Shown in pieces: positions 11,649 through 23,922 of a DNA stretch of 64,000 nt. Origin of the DNA: Paraphysomonas bandaiensis (lineage: Eukaryota > Protista > Chrysophyceae); NCBI GenBank assembly GCA_965644295.1, contig CBFFRP010000145.1, positions 100,610-164,609 of the forward strand, written 5' to 3'. Under the pieces are notes generated by a model that was given only the letters and a program-made list of their open reading frames with translations, did no database searches and was not told the origin of the DNA. The number at the start of each line of letters is the position of its first letter. Positions within the stretch are counted from its first letter, which is position 1. A program made the translations under genes and the position numbers.

Positions 11649-12419
11649 TCAAGATTTCCCACTGTTTCCACCCTTTGAATCTTCGTAGAGATCCCAGCAT
11701 GGTTTACAGACAGTCCGTTTTAAACATCCTAGAATCATTTTTCTTCCAAATGGAATAAATGAAGCAGAATACCATATGGCCGCCAGAATTTCAATCAAGA
11801 GGAGGAAGAGAACTAAAGCAATGTGTTGTTTCTAGTAATGGAACAGAAAATCGTTAGCCAGTAAAACTATCAGTAAACGTACAAACTCACCGAGACAGCT
11901 ACTGCAAGCACTACAATAAGCATTATCAAATAAAATGCAGTAGAAAAACGGCGTGTGGGGTGCCACATCTTTATGCACTGTGATTTGGGACCCAAAAGGA
12001 ACCCCGTCGCACATAGTGCAATAATGTTACCGATAACGTAGAGAATGACAAATGTCCGAATATTTTTATCAGTTGGTCCTCCAATTAATGTTAAGGTGCC
12101 CTGTGTATCATAAGATCTATCTATCATTTTATTAGAAATACAACTTACAATGAAGGATAACAAGTATCCAAATCCAGCACACACACAGAAACCGCCAACT
12201 CTCTAGATATTCAACAGCAAATTAATAGTGCTTGATACAAAAGAATCTATCAGATACCTGTTTGAATGTCAACTTTGGACAGCATTTCGCACAAGCTGGT
12301 TCATCCTGGAAAGTGGGGACCATATTTTTAGCCGACTCGGTTATTTTTTGGGTCTGTGACTTCCTGCCCATTAGATCGCCCCAGGAGCTACCACTCTCTT
12401 TTTCATTTCCACCAAACAT
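11649..12419 (-). CDS. SFT2: SFT2/Got1-family vesicle transport protein, 3 introns
   Basis: LTFKQ|RVGGFCVCAGFGYLLSFI|GTL...FVILYVIGNIIALCATGFLLGPKSQCIKMWHPTRR...WYSASFIPFGRK; GT-AG introns restore the frame; TGA at 11649-11651. Confidence 0.88.
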
Positions 12420-12708
12420 TTTAGCAAGAGTGGAATTAGTATCAGTGATATTTGGTAATTTATGGCACGGATATTTGGAAGTATATGCGCACACCAGGAG
12501 TCGTATTGGCTGTATGCACATCACTCGACATATCCATATGGTGTATACCGTATACCCACACTCTACGATGTACCATATATGGATATGTATGTGAACATAC
12601 AGCAGTATGCAAAGATTTTTTTGCTGTATACTTTTTGTACTTACCCACTTACAGTATGTACTGCTGTACTGTGCACGTATCATGTGAAAGTATACCACAC
12701 ACGCAGCA

Positions 12709-12839
12709 TCATATTGGCATCCTTTGTATATTTTTGTTCAAAGATGCCTCTAATATTGAGACAATAATTATCTGTATACCAGCCGTAGTTGTATATCAGC
12801 AATATAGAAGTATTTTGCTTCAATTTATTCCCGAAAAAT
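12709..12839. mobile_element. Decayed copy of the 4215-4346 MITE inside the SFT2/COPG intergenic spacer
   Basis: GGCATCCTTTGTATATTTTTGTTCAAAGATGCCTC...CAGCCGTAGTTGTAT...TTGCTTCAATTTATT is shared with 4222-4336; the termini are eroded. Confidence 0.75.
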
Positions 12840-12960
12840 AAGATGCTACGATATATACGTGCATCAGGTCGAGTGCTGCATGCATACAGTACAGATAGAC
12901 ACGACATCATAACATCATAGAAGCAGATATCGAACACAGCAGAATCTGTCGGGTGTTATA

Positions 12961-15940
12961 ATGGCCTCTTACAAGAGCAAAGGAAGCGTAAGGAGTCAGC
13001 ATGGAGGGAGGTCGACTGCGGGTCGTGTTGTGGATGAGAGCGATGGCCTTCAGAAGCCTCTAGCGGCTACTCTCATACAGGAGTTCCAGAACCTGAAAGA
13101 TAAATTCAAAGAAGACGATGAGTATGATAGAGGTGTGTGTCTGTATGTTTGTATAGTGAGTGAGCTGATGATGTGCGCAGAGGCCCCCTATCAGTATCTG
13201 GAGAAGGCCACTGTGCTGCAGGAGTGCCGCGTGTTTCATGATGCATCTGTTGTCACTCAGAATCCGCGCCGATGCTGTTTGCTTATCACGAAATTACTTT
13301 TTCTTCTTGTAAAGGGCGATACATTTACGTCATCTGAAATCACAGAAGTGTTTTTTGGTGTCACCAAACTATTTCAATCATCAGATGTGAATCTTCGGCG
13401 CATGATGTATCTATTTATTAAGGAGGTGGCACAAACTTGCAATCCAGATGACGTTATCATTGTTACAAGCTCTCTTACGAAAGATATGAATACGGGCGAG
13501 GATTTATATCGTGCCAATTCTATGAGAGTTTTGGCCAAGATTATAGATGCAGCCATGCTTGGCGCGATAGAGCGGTATTTGAAACAAGCTATCGTTGATA
13601 GAAATGCTTTCGTGGCCTCTTCGGCGCTCATGGCTGGACTACAACTCTTTCGCACTTGTCCAGATGTGGTTCGGCGTTGGATCAATGAAGTGCAGGAGGC
13701 AGTTACGTCAGTGAATGATATGGTGCAGTATCACGCTCTTTCCCTGCTCTACAATATCAAACAGCACGACCGTCTCGCTGTCTCCAAAACGGTACAGCAA
13801 CTTTCAAAAGGATCTCTCCGTTCTCCCTTGGCGACCTGTCTCCTTATACGATACACCAGTGGTCTCCTGCGAGAGGACATGAGCTCCACGAACGCTCGTA
13901 ATTCGTACCAGTTTCTGGAGAACTGTTTAAGGCACAAGAGCGACATGGTAATATACGAAGCAGCTAAAGCTATTTGCAACCTACCTGGAGTGGAGGCTTC
14001 GGACTTAAACCCTGCTATTACAGTGCTTCAGCTCTTTTTATCTTCTCCTAAACCCTCTTTGCGATTTGCAGCTATCCGTACCCTGAGTGAAGTAGCTACC
14101 CGCCACCCCTCTAGTCTGTCGAAATGCAATGATGATATGGAAGGCCTGGTGGGTGATTCGAACAGGTCCATCGCAACCTTAGCTATCACCACTCTTCTTA
14201 AGACTGGCAACGAATCCAGTATTGAGCGGCTAATGAAGCAGATTTCTTCATTTATGACCGAAATAGGTGATGAATTTAAAGTGGTGGTGGTGCAGGCTGT
14301 TCGTGAACTCTGTGTCAAGTATCCATCCAAAAATAGAATTCTTGTGGGCTTCCTTGCCACTTTCCTGAGGGAAGAGGGTGGCTTTGATTTCAAAAAGAGC
14401 ATCGTGGACAGCATCTTGGATCTGATGCAGTCCATTCCAGAGACGAAAGAAACATCTCTACTTCACTTGTGTGAGTTTATAGAGGACTGCGAGTTTGGCG
14501 AGCTCATCGTGCAGGTGATGCATGTTCTCGGGCGTGTAGGCCCGACCACATCTGCACCATCCCGTTATATTCGCTTCATTTTCAATAGGGTGATTTTGGA
14601 AAACGCTGCAGTGCGTGCAGCAGCAGTCAGTACTCTAGGGTCATTCGCCACACGCCTTCCGGAGCTTCGCCCCTCCATCATTATACTCCTGAAGCGATCC
14701 CTTAGTGATGATGATGACGAGGTTCGTGATCGTGCTGCGGTGCTACTCAAGACTTTTGAGGGTCGCGAAGGGGGCGACGAAGGTACAGAGGAAGAAAAGA
14801 CTGTGAAGGACATCAGTACACTCAATTTCTTGTTGGAAGAGCCTTTGCCTATGTCTTTTTCTGCTCTTGATAGGTCCGTAAGGGCATACGTATCCCACCC
14901 TTCTGCCACAACGGACCCACGCCCTCTGTCCATTGCCTCGTTACCCATTATAGAAGATACATACTCGCAGGTTGCTGCCTCCAAGGCTGCTGCAACAGGG
15001 AGATCCATTGGTAGTGCTGTGGGGGCGAGCAAGGCCAGCGGGGTGACTCAAGCAGAGAATGAGACTCACGCAGACCCAGCCAGTGCTTTATATAAGATCC
15101 CAGAGCTAGCCCACCTTGGCAGAGCATTCCGGTCCACGAAGGAGATAGCACTGACAGAGTCTGAAATGGAATATGTGGTCTCCTGTGTAAAGCACATATT
15201 TGATGCCCATGTGGTACTGCAGTTTGCAGTGGTGAACACAATTGATGATCAGCGCCTGATTGATGTGGGAGTGGCCGTAGAATTATCAGACGAGGACTCA
15301 TATTGTGTGGAAAGCGAGGTGCGTGCCCCAGTGGCTAGGTACGCGGATACTACCCACTGTTATGTCTGTATCGCCCGGGCAGATGATACCAACCCAGGGG
15401 CTACCTGTACGGTTTCATGTGAGTTGCGATTCCGTGTGGTTCAGGTCGATCCCACCACAGGGGAAGTGGAGGGTGATGAAGAAGGATACGAAGAGGAATA
15501 TGCTCTTGAGGCTGTTGATATCAACACCAATGACTTCATGGCAAAAATTTCCTTCCCTGATTTCCGTCGATCATGGTGGGTGCATGATTTGTTATTGTGT
15601 TGGTGATAGTTTTAACTGAATCACTTGTAGGGAACAAGTTGGCAACGATGGTGAGGTACTAGAGAAGTTCGCTCTACAATTTAAGAAACTTACTGATGCG
15701 GTAGCGGCAGTAGTAGACTTTCTTGGCATGCAACCTTGTGATGGCACTGGCACTGTAAGCGAGTCCTCATTAAAGAGTAAGTCGCACACACTTCACCTCA
15801 CTGGCATGTTCCTCGGAAACGTATCTGTACTGGTACGGGCTCAGCTACAGCTCGATGAGGCTGCAGGGGTTGTGCTTAAAATGGCAGTGAGATCAGAGAA
15901 CAGGGAAGTGAGTCAAATGGTGGCGGAGTGCATTCGTTAA
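12961..15940 (+). CDS. COPG: Coatomer subunit gamma (gamma-COP)
   Basis: LEKATVLQECRVF, VFFGVTKLFQS, SSLTKDMN, NRSIATLAITTLLKTG, HLCEFIEDCEF, LTESEMEYVV and a C-terminal platform (FLGMQPCDGT). Introns at about 13133-13180 and 15577-15630. Confidence 0.97.
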
Positions 15941-17624
15941 TATTTCAAAGTGTGCGTTTGTGAAGTGACTTGACTATGAAGGTGCTGTACATTAGTGTAG
16001 TCTTGCCAAATGAGGTGATGTGATAACGTAGTGATGAAAGAAGTATGTCTCATTTTGGTACTGCTGCCGTAAGTTTCAATTCATGCTGGAGTACGTATAG
16101 TTAAGAATCTTTCGGCAATTCAATTTGTGTACACTTCGAAATATCGCAAGTATCGTTTCATTGACTTTGAACAGAAATTTATGCCTTATTGCCGAAGAGC
16201 CTAAAATATATCATTTCTTATCTACACACAATGCCACATGCAGACGAAATGTGAATTACTATAAGAAAGTATAGAGCTCTTGCACACGCACTCTATCTAA
16301 CAATAGCATTGCAATATATAGTTCCCTACTACCTACTAGTCCTGGTGTAATTATTGTGTGGATTTCTAAACTTATCGAAACGGGTTGCCAGAGAACAATC
16401 CACGTCACTTAGATCGAATTTTTATTCCGTATTCTGGTTCGTTTCTATTATAAACTTCCAAAATAGTATATTTTGGCCCATATATGATATATTTGTTAAT
16501 ATTATATATTAAGTCTTTATAACGACTAACGTAAGATGTTAGTAAAATGTAGTTATGACTTAACAGTTTCTTCTATGTTGGGATAACTGCCGTAGCATAT
16601 AATTACTTATGCTTTAATATATCCCCAAAAATAAATATGAGAAATGTGATCGAGAAATAGATGACAAGAAACAAGAAACATAATTGTACACAGGACATTT
16701 TAGTTGAAAACATATCAGAATTGTACAAACTAGCAGATAGAGCTCGCTTTTAATTTGTTAATTGCGTGTAAAAGCCTAATTACCAATCCAGTCGAGCAGA
16801 ATTTACTTGTTTCATTCGTCAAGCTTAAACATTATTCTTTTATTCGTGACCAAGAAATTTACCCCCCCCCATTATTGCCACAACGAAAAGATCTCAACAG
16901 CTTAAAATTTAGTGCTTAATCTTATACAAGAGTGTTTCATGCTCAGTCAACATTATGCGCACCTGTACGAGACGTATTACGTATTACTACTAAAAACAAA
17001 CCACGTTATGCTATTTGTACTTTGTACTAAATATATATGTTGTGTACATTTTGCTGACATCGACAACTGAAATCTGAAATATTTTCATTTATCTTGCTAT
17101 CATTCATGTTGTTTGATAAACATCATTTCTTTAGTTGTATGGCTAAAGTTATTGCCTCCAAGCGATCTACTCATTAAGCTACTGTGAAACAACAGGACTA
17201 TTTAGCAATGACTACTTCTTCGAATTTAGTTGCGATAAAATACTTACGATAAAATTCACCGAAGAGTATGTTGTAGATACAAAATTTATGTAGCACGGAC
17301 CCCAGACTCTTTAGTCAGACACACATGCAAGCCTGTCGCACATATCTAGTAATTAGCAGTCTCTGTTAGAAGTATTTTAGATAGTTTTACACCACAGAAA
17401 ATATGACAAAAGTAGCAGATATATATCACAGCAGTGAAATGTATCTGATTCTAACTTTCAACGATGTGACTACACATAAAAAAGAACATTAAAAACGTGC
17501 ATGATACGAGCACATTAAACACCAAAAACAACTCATGTAGTTGTCACGAACGACAAGAGGACCGAAGAACAAAAAGATCTTTCCGGCAATATACTTTATC
17601 CAATGAGGAGGCGTAGTATAATTA

Positions 17625-20029
17625 CTACTCTATGAGACTTTCTATGTCTCCTGTATGTGGATCCAAGGTTGTCACCGCCGTGCAAGCGTAGCCTTTAGAG
17701 AATGCCATTTTTTCAGACACTGATAAACATTTAAATCGCGACTACAAAAACGCAACATAAACTTACACAATTTCTTCAAAACATCTTCTACATTTTCCAG
17801 GCTACACGGCTTAGTGATAACATCATTTGCACCAGATAGCATAAACCCTTCAATATCTTCAGGTGTAACATTTCCGGTCAAAAAAACAATCATCCCCTGA
17901 TATCCCATAGTTCGAATAAGTGCTGTGGCATCTGTACCACACATTTCCGGCATAGTGGCATCCATAAATATCAAATCAAAAGGAGAGTCAGAGTCGATCG
18001 ACTCTCGTACTTTATCCACCGCTTCAAGGCCATTCTCTGCTTGAGATATGTGACCAACTTTAGGTTCAATTAGACGGGTTAGCATCTTTCGATTCACTGC
18101 GGAGTCGTCAACCACAAGAACCTTCACATCACTTTCACTTAAAGAATTTTGTTCACAAATACCACACGTCGGAAGGAAACTCTTCTCAGTTCGCTGACGT
18201 GGAGTTGTGGCACTGAATACCTGGTTAGTCGCCTCAGAAGCAACATCCAGCTCCACAAAGAACAAAGAGCCTACGCCAGGCTTAGAAGTGACTCCTATGC
18301 GTCCCCCATGAAGGTCCATTATCTTCTTAGATACTGAATATATATAACATATTACAACGCGAGAGATGTGTGATGCATGCAAGTACACTCACTCCATAAG
18401 CCAATGCCTGACCCACCACCATTTTGCAATTGGGCTGCATTAAACTGAACAATCTCTCCAAATAATTTTTGCTGATTTACCTACAAAACAATAAAAAATG
18501 TACCCAAATAGGCTGAGTGTATACCGGTGATATTCCTACTCCGTTGTCACGCACTTCGATCCGCACAACGCTGCTGTACAATTCATGCGAAGTATCATAT
18601 ACTTTGCTTGTTCGAATTCCTGTTACCGCCCTGTGTACATTATTTTCGGGAGAACATGATGCTTTTTCAGTCAAATATGCGTAGACATCAACTTGACCCC
18701 TCTTGGAAGTAAATTTTAATGCATTTGAAATTAGGTTTCTCAGAACTTGGCTGATCTTTCGATAGTCAGCATTGACGTGAATGTTATATGTACTCAGATC
18801 AGGGTCGATGCGTGAGGTACCGGTATGTGTATAACACACTTCCTTCTGGCGAGCCTGAGTAGAGTTAGCACATAGTGCAGATGATCAACAACTATACCTG
18901 AGCACCGAAAGGGTCTGCAACATCTTGGATTAAGCGGACAACAGACACGTATTCTTTCTCTAGCATAACACTACCAGCCTCCAGCTTATTGGCTAGAAGA
19001 AACTCATTCAGGATGTCAATTGCTACTTTACAAGAAGCATTAACATCGTCAAGAATACCCTTGAAATCGGCGCAATTTTGAGCTACGCTATCCCACTCTT
19101 TGGTCAGCAGCTGAATACCCATGTAAACTGCATTCAGAGGTGTCCGGATTTCATGAGACATGTAGCTTACGTAATCTCGCTTGGTCTTAATAGTATGCTG
19201 TCATGACATAATTACAAATATATCAATGAGATGCGAAACAAACCTCAGCAATGGACTTATCATGCCTTGCTTGGCGTCCAGGGATAGTAGTCGCAAGAAT
19301 GCAGATTATCATGTCAACATATCCTGTGTTTCTTAAGTCACTGGTCACAATTAGCAATACAAATTTCAAGACAATATTCAATGTAAAAAGGAGTGGATAA
19401 AACATAGCGTACAACGCATCTACTTTGGCCTTAGGAGATAATATCATTGATTTGTGCCAGCGATGCAAAACAATCACACCAACAATGAGTGCAGTTGCAA
19501 CTGATATCCCACGACAGATTGAATTCCAAGAATATGTAACAATATCAGGTCGGAATGGTCTCCACAGAAACGACTGCATAACGAATATGGTCAATACCCA
19601 CACACAACCTACTGTTACCACGGTTTTCCATGAGCACCCATCGTATAACAAAAGGCTCAACAGCGCCCCTCGAAGCAAAATCTCTCGTGCCAGCAAACCA
19701 ACAAAAGCAAACGGAACAGCACCGGATGTTCCAGCCACAGCATATGCGATGTAAGTCATTAGTCCGGGGAGTGCTAACGAGAGAACTATCAAATATCGCG
19801 GAAGAATGTCACGAAGTGGTAAGCGGAAGTCAAGCAGCGTGTCCAGAGCCATCGGTAGAGCAGCTGAAAATGTGGCGATAAGAGATGCATTGAAGAGGTA
19901 CCCACTGTATAAGTCAACTGAGGCGAAAAACAATGAATCAGAAAAATTCTGATTGGTCAGCACAGGCAGGATGGAGGAGAGAGCAGCTAGTAGGGTCATA
20001 GTGATACATATCTCGCAGGCGTACTTCAT
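17625..20029 (-). CDS. Membrane-bound hybrid histidine kinase (multi-TM sensor + HisKA + HATPase + receiver)
   Basis: H-box MSHEIRTPLN; N-box QVLRNLISNALKFT; G1 DNGVGI; G2 GGGSGIGLW; receiver VLVVDDS...FMD...LTG...KP; hydrophobic N-terminus. About 5 short introns; the last exon ends at TAG 17625-17627. Confidence 0.92.
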
Positions 20030-20257
20030 GGTAGAGGCGCAGTGCAGTGCAGAGCATTAACTGGCGAACCAACACTGTCGAGCTATATATTGCTACAGTT
20101 TGATGGCGAATAACAAGCTCTGACTGGTGCGGTGTGACAGTGATGTGTGTCTTGTCTGTGGGAGTGAGGGGATAGTGCAGGGGCCAAGTGACAGCAGTGC
20201 GGAGTGGGACCCATACGCTGGAAGTCGAGTGTTCATACAGGAGCACACTGGATATGG

Positions 20258-22169
20258 ATGTGTTTTTTTGGGTATCTTCAACATGATGAAGTCGTGTGTG
20301 AGGTGAAAGAATTCGATTCGTCGAATGAAGCATCCTCTATATTTATTGGAGGTATATTATTGGCTTCTTACTCTTCAGTGATATGTTCAGTGTAGCAATT
20401 ACTGTATATGGCCGGCATACTCCACACTACAGCACCATATACAACAGCACTGCTGCAGCTAACGTTACGGTTCATCTTGAAACAGCGGAACAGTGAGACA
20501 TGCATAAGAGATCGTCTCAAGAGTCTCTCAGCCTGCCTATAACTGACTATCGAGAGGAATGTAGGCATAGAAGACATGTTTTCAAAACTTCGACCCACTA
20601 ATGAAGCTGCAGAGAAAAGAAGATTTTTTGCTGCCGTGAGGAGAGGAAAGGTCTACAATCCTCTATTTCAGTACTCAGATGAAGCGTTTTGTCAAGAAGT
20701 AATTGCTGCTTTTGATACTGTGTTTTATACCAATGCTTACGCGGAGATGGCGGAAAAGATTCTAGATGCGGTGATTGCCAAATACGGGGATGGCGCCCAA
20801 TACAAGGCCCTCGTTTGGGGACGCCAAATCAGGTAGATATACACTGTTTGCTTACACTTGTCTAAATTTGTATGTTAGTCCGAAGCATTCACTCAACAGG
20901 GCAAGAGAGTATATTCAAGAGCACAATCTTAGTGCCAAAGCTGTGATGGGCGATACTATGGTGACTACAATGGGAAACAAAACACTGAATCTTGTTCCTA
21001 CACCAGGATATTACAGGTAAGTGTCATCCGTTGGTCATTATATAGTATGACGAGGTCATTATAGAGATATTCGCCTGGAGAGTTTGCTTGACCACGAACT
21101 GTCAGTGCACTATATTCGACGGGTCAATCATCGAAACCTAGAGTCCAACATAAGGTATGTGATATACATTGTGAACACCACTTCTGCAGGCGTAACGATC
21201 GAAGCAATAGTTTCAAGAACTATCAACAGTGTTTTATTACTATTTTTGCTGAGATATACATTTACTTATTGTGTATTCGTATTTTTCATGCTACTAGCCG
21301 ACTACGGTGTCACTGATTTATGTAGGAAAAGTCTTCGTGGCCAGCGTGCCCAGTGGGTGTCATCCCAGCTCTCCACGGAGCATACCGTTCAGCCCAATAT
21401 CTCGCGGCTGCTGGAGAAGCAGTCTCTTACAATGGATGAGGAGGGACTGGCCTCACTTGTGACGCACGCCTGGTATACGAACTGCTATCTACTATTCCAG
21501 CCAGCGCTATGCAACTATATTGTACATCAAGCTAGAAGACTATCCTTTCATGACCTGTATCAACTCATTGTAAAGAAAGGGTATTGTGTGGACGAGGATG
21601 ATGCCTGGACACAGGTACAAAACTATGGTAGAGATTTTTTATGTGCATCAACTGTGCAGTATATATCGCGATTTGGAATCTAAAACAATTGTACTTTTTG
21701 TTGAGATGTTTTGCTTATGAGTCAATAAATATTAATATTTATTGCTCTTTGTTCAATAGGTGATGCGAGCGAAACGAGGATGCCGAGACACGTCAATACC
21801 AGGGGCATTTTGCAAAGACATCCTCTACTTTATAGGTAGCTGTTGTTGCATATACAAGTTGCTGTTCTCTGTTCTCCTGCCCGTTGAAATGTCTAGGTAT
21901 TGCTCACGTTTTCCCAATCTACAGGGGCCATAAGACTTCTTGACGAACTAGACCGCGTCGATTTACGCCTTCTCTTCCTAGGAAAGCTACGACTAGAGGA
22001 GTATTATAGTCTCTCCCGGTATTTATGTCAGAATCTTCATGATAGTATTTCTTCTGATGAACAAGGAAAAGCATGTTTACCACATTTTCTGGCTACTCCA
22101 AGTGACGCAGAAAAGTATATGGAGAGACTACAAGCAGTGAAACGCGAAAACTTTAAATTTTGTGTTTAA
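20258..22169 (+). CDS. MATCAP/KIAA0895 (DUF1704)-like zinc metallopeptidase, multi-exon
   Basis: YNPLFQY, HExxxH motif LLDHELSVHYIRRVN, EEGLASL, LSFHDLY, W..VMRAKRGCRDTSIPGAFCKD.LY..G and LFLGKL. The start codon is uncertain (20258 or later). Confidence 0.8.
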
Positions 22170-23122
22170 TGGAAATCTAAAACCATAACCTTCGCCACAC
22201 TGATTGGTATGACTGCTGCACTATATATGCGTGAAGATTTACTGTATTAATCGGATTTTCATTGTCGTATACTGTAAATTTATTAAAGTCTGTCTATAAT
22301 ATATATATAATATATACTATTGGAAATTGAGACTATGTTAGTGTGAATTATACAGGAACATATAAGCATATGTACACATCAACTGAGTCAATTGGCTATG
22401 TGCCCAATCCCAAAGTGCATTTAAGATATTGCTTTTGAAATAGTCCACTATGACATGGTAAATGTTGAGTTGACTTTACCAATTGCACTCTATTAACTCA
22501 CTTTAATAGCACAGTATATATCGCATCATACTGCGGGACTCAACAGTAAAAATTATTTATTTCCAATCTTCCAATGCATAAGAGGCTATTTTTAGCGCTG
22601 ATTCTACATACTCACTTAAACCTTACGTGCTCAAACCCTTCGCCATGTCAACTGCTCGTGTAGTCGTGTAGATCACAGATTCCAACAATGCCATAATAGC
22701 TCTCCCCTACCTTGGATGTATACATGTATAATGTATACATGGAGCTTCTTTTCGTCTATGGTCAATGTATGCGTTAATTGGCCTGCCAAGGCATTGGTTA
22801 GCTTACTTATCCCTTAAAATACATGCATAGATCACGCATATATAATTAGCACGATCACTACACTAGGGTACTTCATAGGAAGAGGGAAACACGAATTTCG
22901 TATTTTCTCCTATCTCTTCTACCGAGGGCTCGCCAGGACTAACTATTGTTGTCAGTTTTGTGCTGGTGATACACTTTTGGCACTACACTAATATTAAGAA
23001 GAACATTTCATACACCTAAAATATAAATCGCACATACCGTAAAGCTCGCTAATATCTTTATTTACCACAAATATATACATATACAAAAAATTAGCCGCAA
23101 TGTTTTACACATGACAACAACA

Positions 23123-23509
23123 CTACGCATCGGCCGATAATAAATGACTACGCAAAATTACATTAGCACATCTTTCGACGTTGGATCTCTGAGTTTGGCA
23201 CATGTTGGGGGTCTTGATTTGACATTGCTGCAGCTTACTGATATAGCCAGCGCATTTCCTAGTAACATCACCATATGCTCTGTCGACCGACTTCCTGCAC
23301 TCCTGAAGCTTGACACTTTCTCGTTTCACACAGTCCGTATCGCCCTGGACACATGGTTTCGCGAGCTTGTTGCAAAGAGAGTAGTCGTGCTTCAAGTGCG
23401 CTGCAGCTATCTGCTGAGGCTGACTGAAAGTAACAAACGCGCTATACAGGCAGGCCATGTACATGGCAGCAAGCAGCAGAACTTTCACAACATCAACCCC
23501 ACACTTCAT
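23123..23509 (-). CDS. Small Cys-rich protein with N-terminal hydrophobic helix and twin CX9C-like motifs
   Basis: 128-aa ATG ORF divergent from the RCC1 gene; signal or anchor VLLLAAMYMACLYSAFVTF; CAGYISKLQQC and CQTQRSNVERC are both C-X9-C. Confidence 0.65.
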   Translation of the reverse strand: MKCGVDVVKVLLLAAMYMACLYSAFVTFSQPQQIAAAHLKHDYSLCNKLAKPCVQGDTDCVKRESVKLQECRKSVDRAYGDVTRKCAGYISKLQQCQIKTPNMCQTQRSNVERCANVILRSHLLSADA

Positions 23510-23922
23510 GTTTCGATCTCAGATTAGTGAGCTGGAAGCCTCCTGTGAGAACTCGCTCTGCCTGTGTACGCCTCCATGCTGCCTCAGCTCATAGTGCTAT
23601 ACTACCACCGTATACCGCGTATACCATCCCCTTCACATGTACAGCAGCATACATCAGTGTATGTGAGCAGGCGTGCATGTATGTGTATGTATGTGTGTAC
23701 ATGACTATGAGGCTCTTCAGTTACTCTTTCAGTTATTCGCTTCATACTTTAAGCAGCAGACTATCGACACACAGTGACTACATCTAGATGTCACCAGTGG
23801 TTGACTGGGCAGTCATCGCTGCGTAGGTCCATTAATATACCCAACTAGTGGCGCGGCTGCAGGGCTGTGGCGTTCTATAATCGCAATGCAGTGTCCATTC
23901 TCCGCAACGAATATATAAAATC

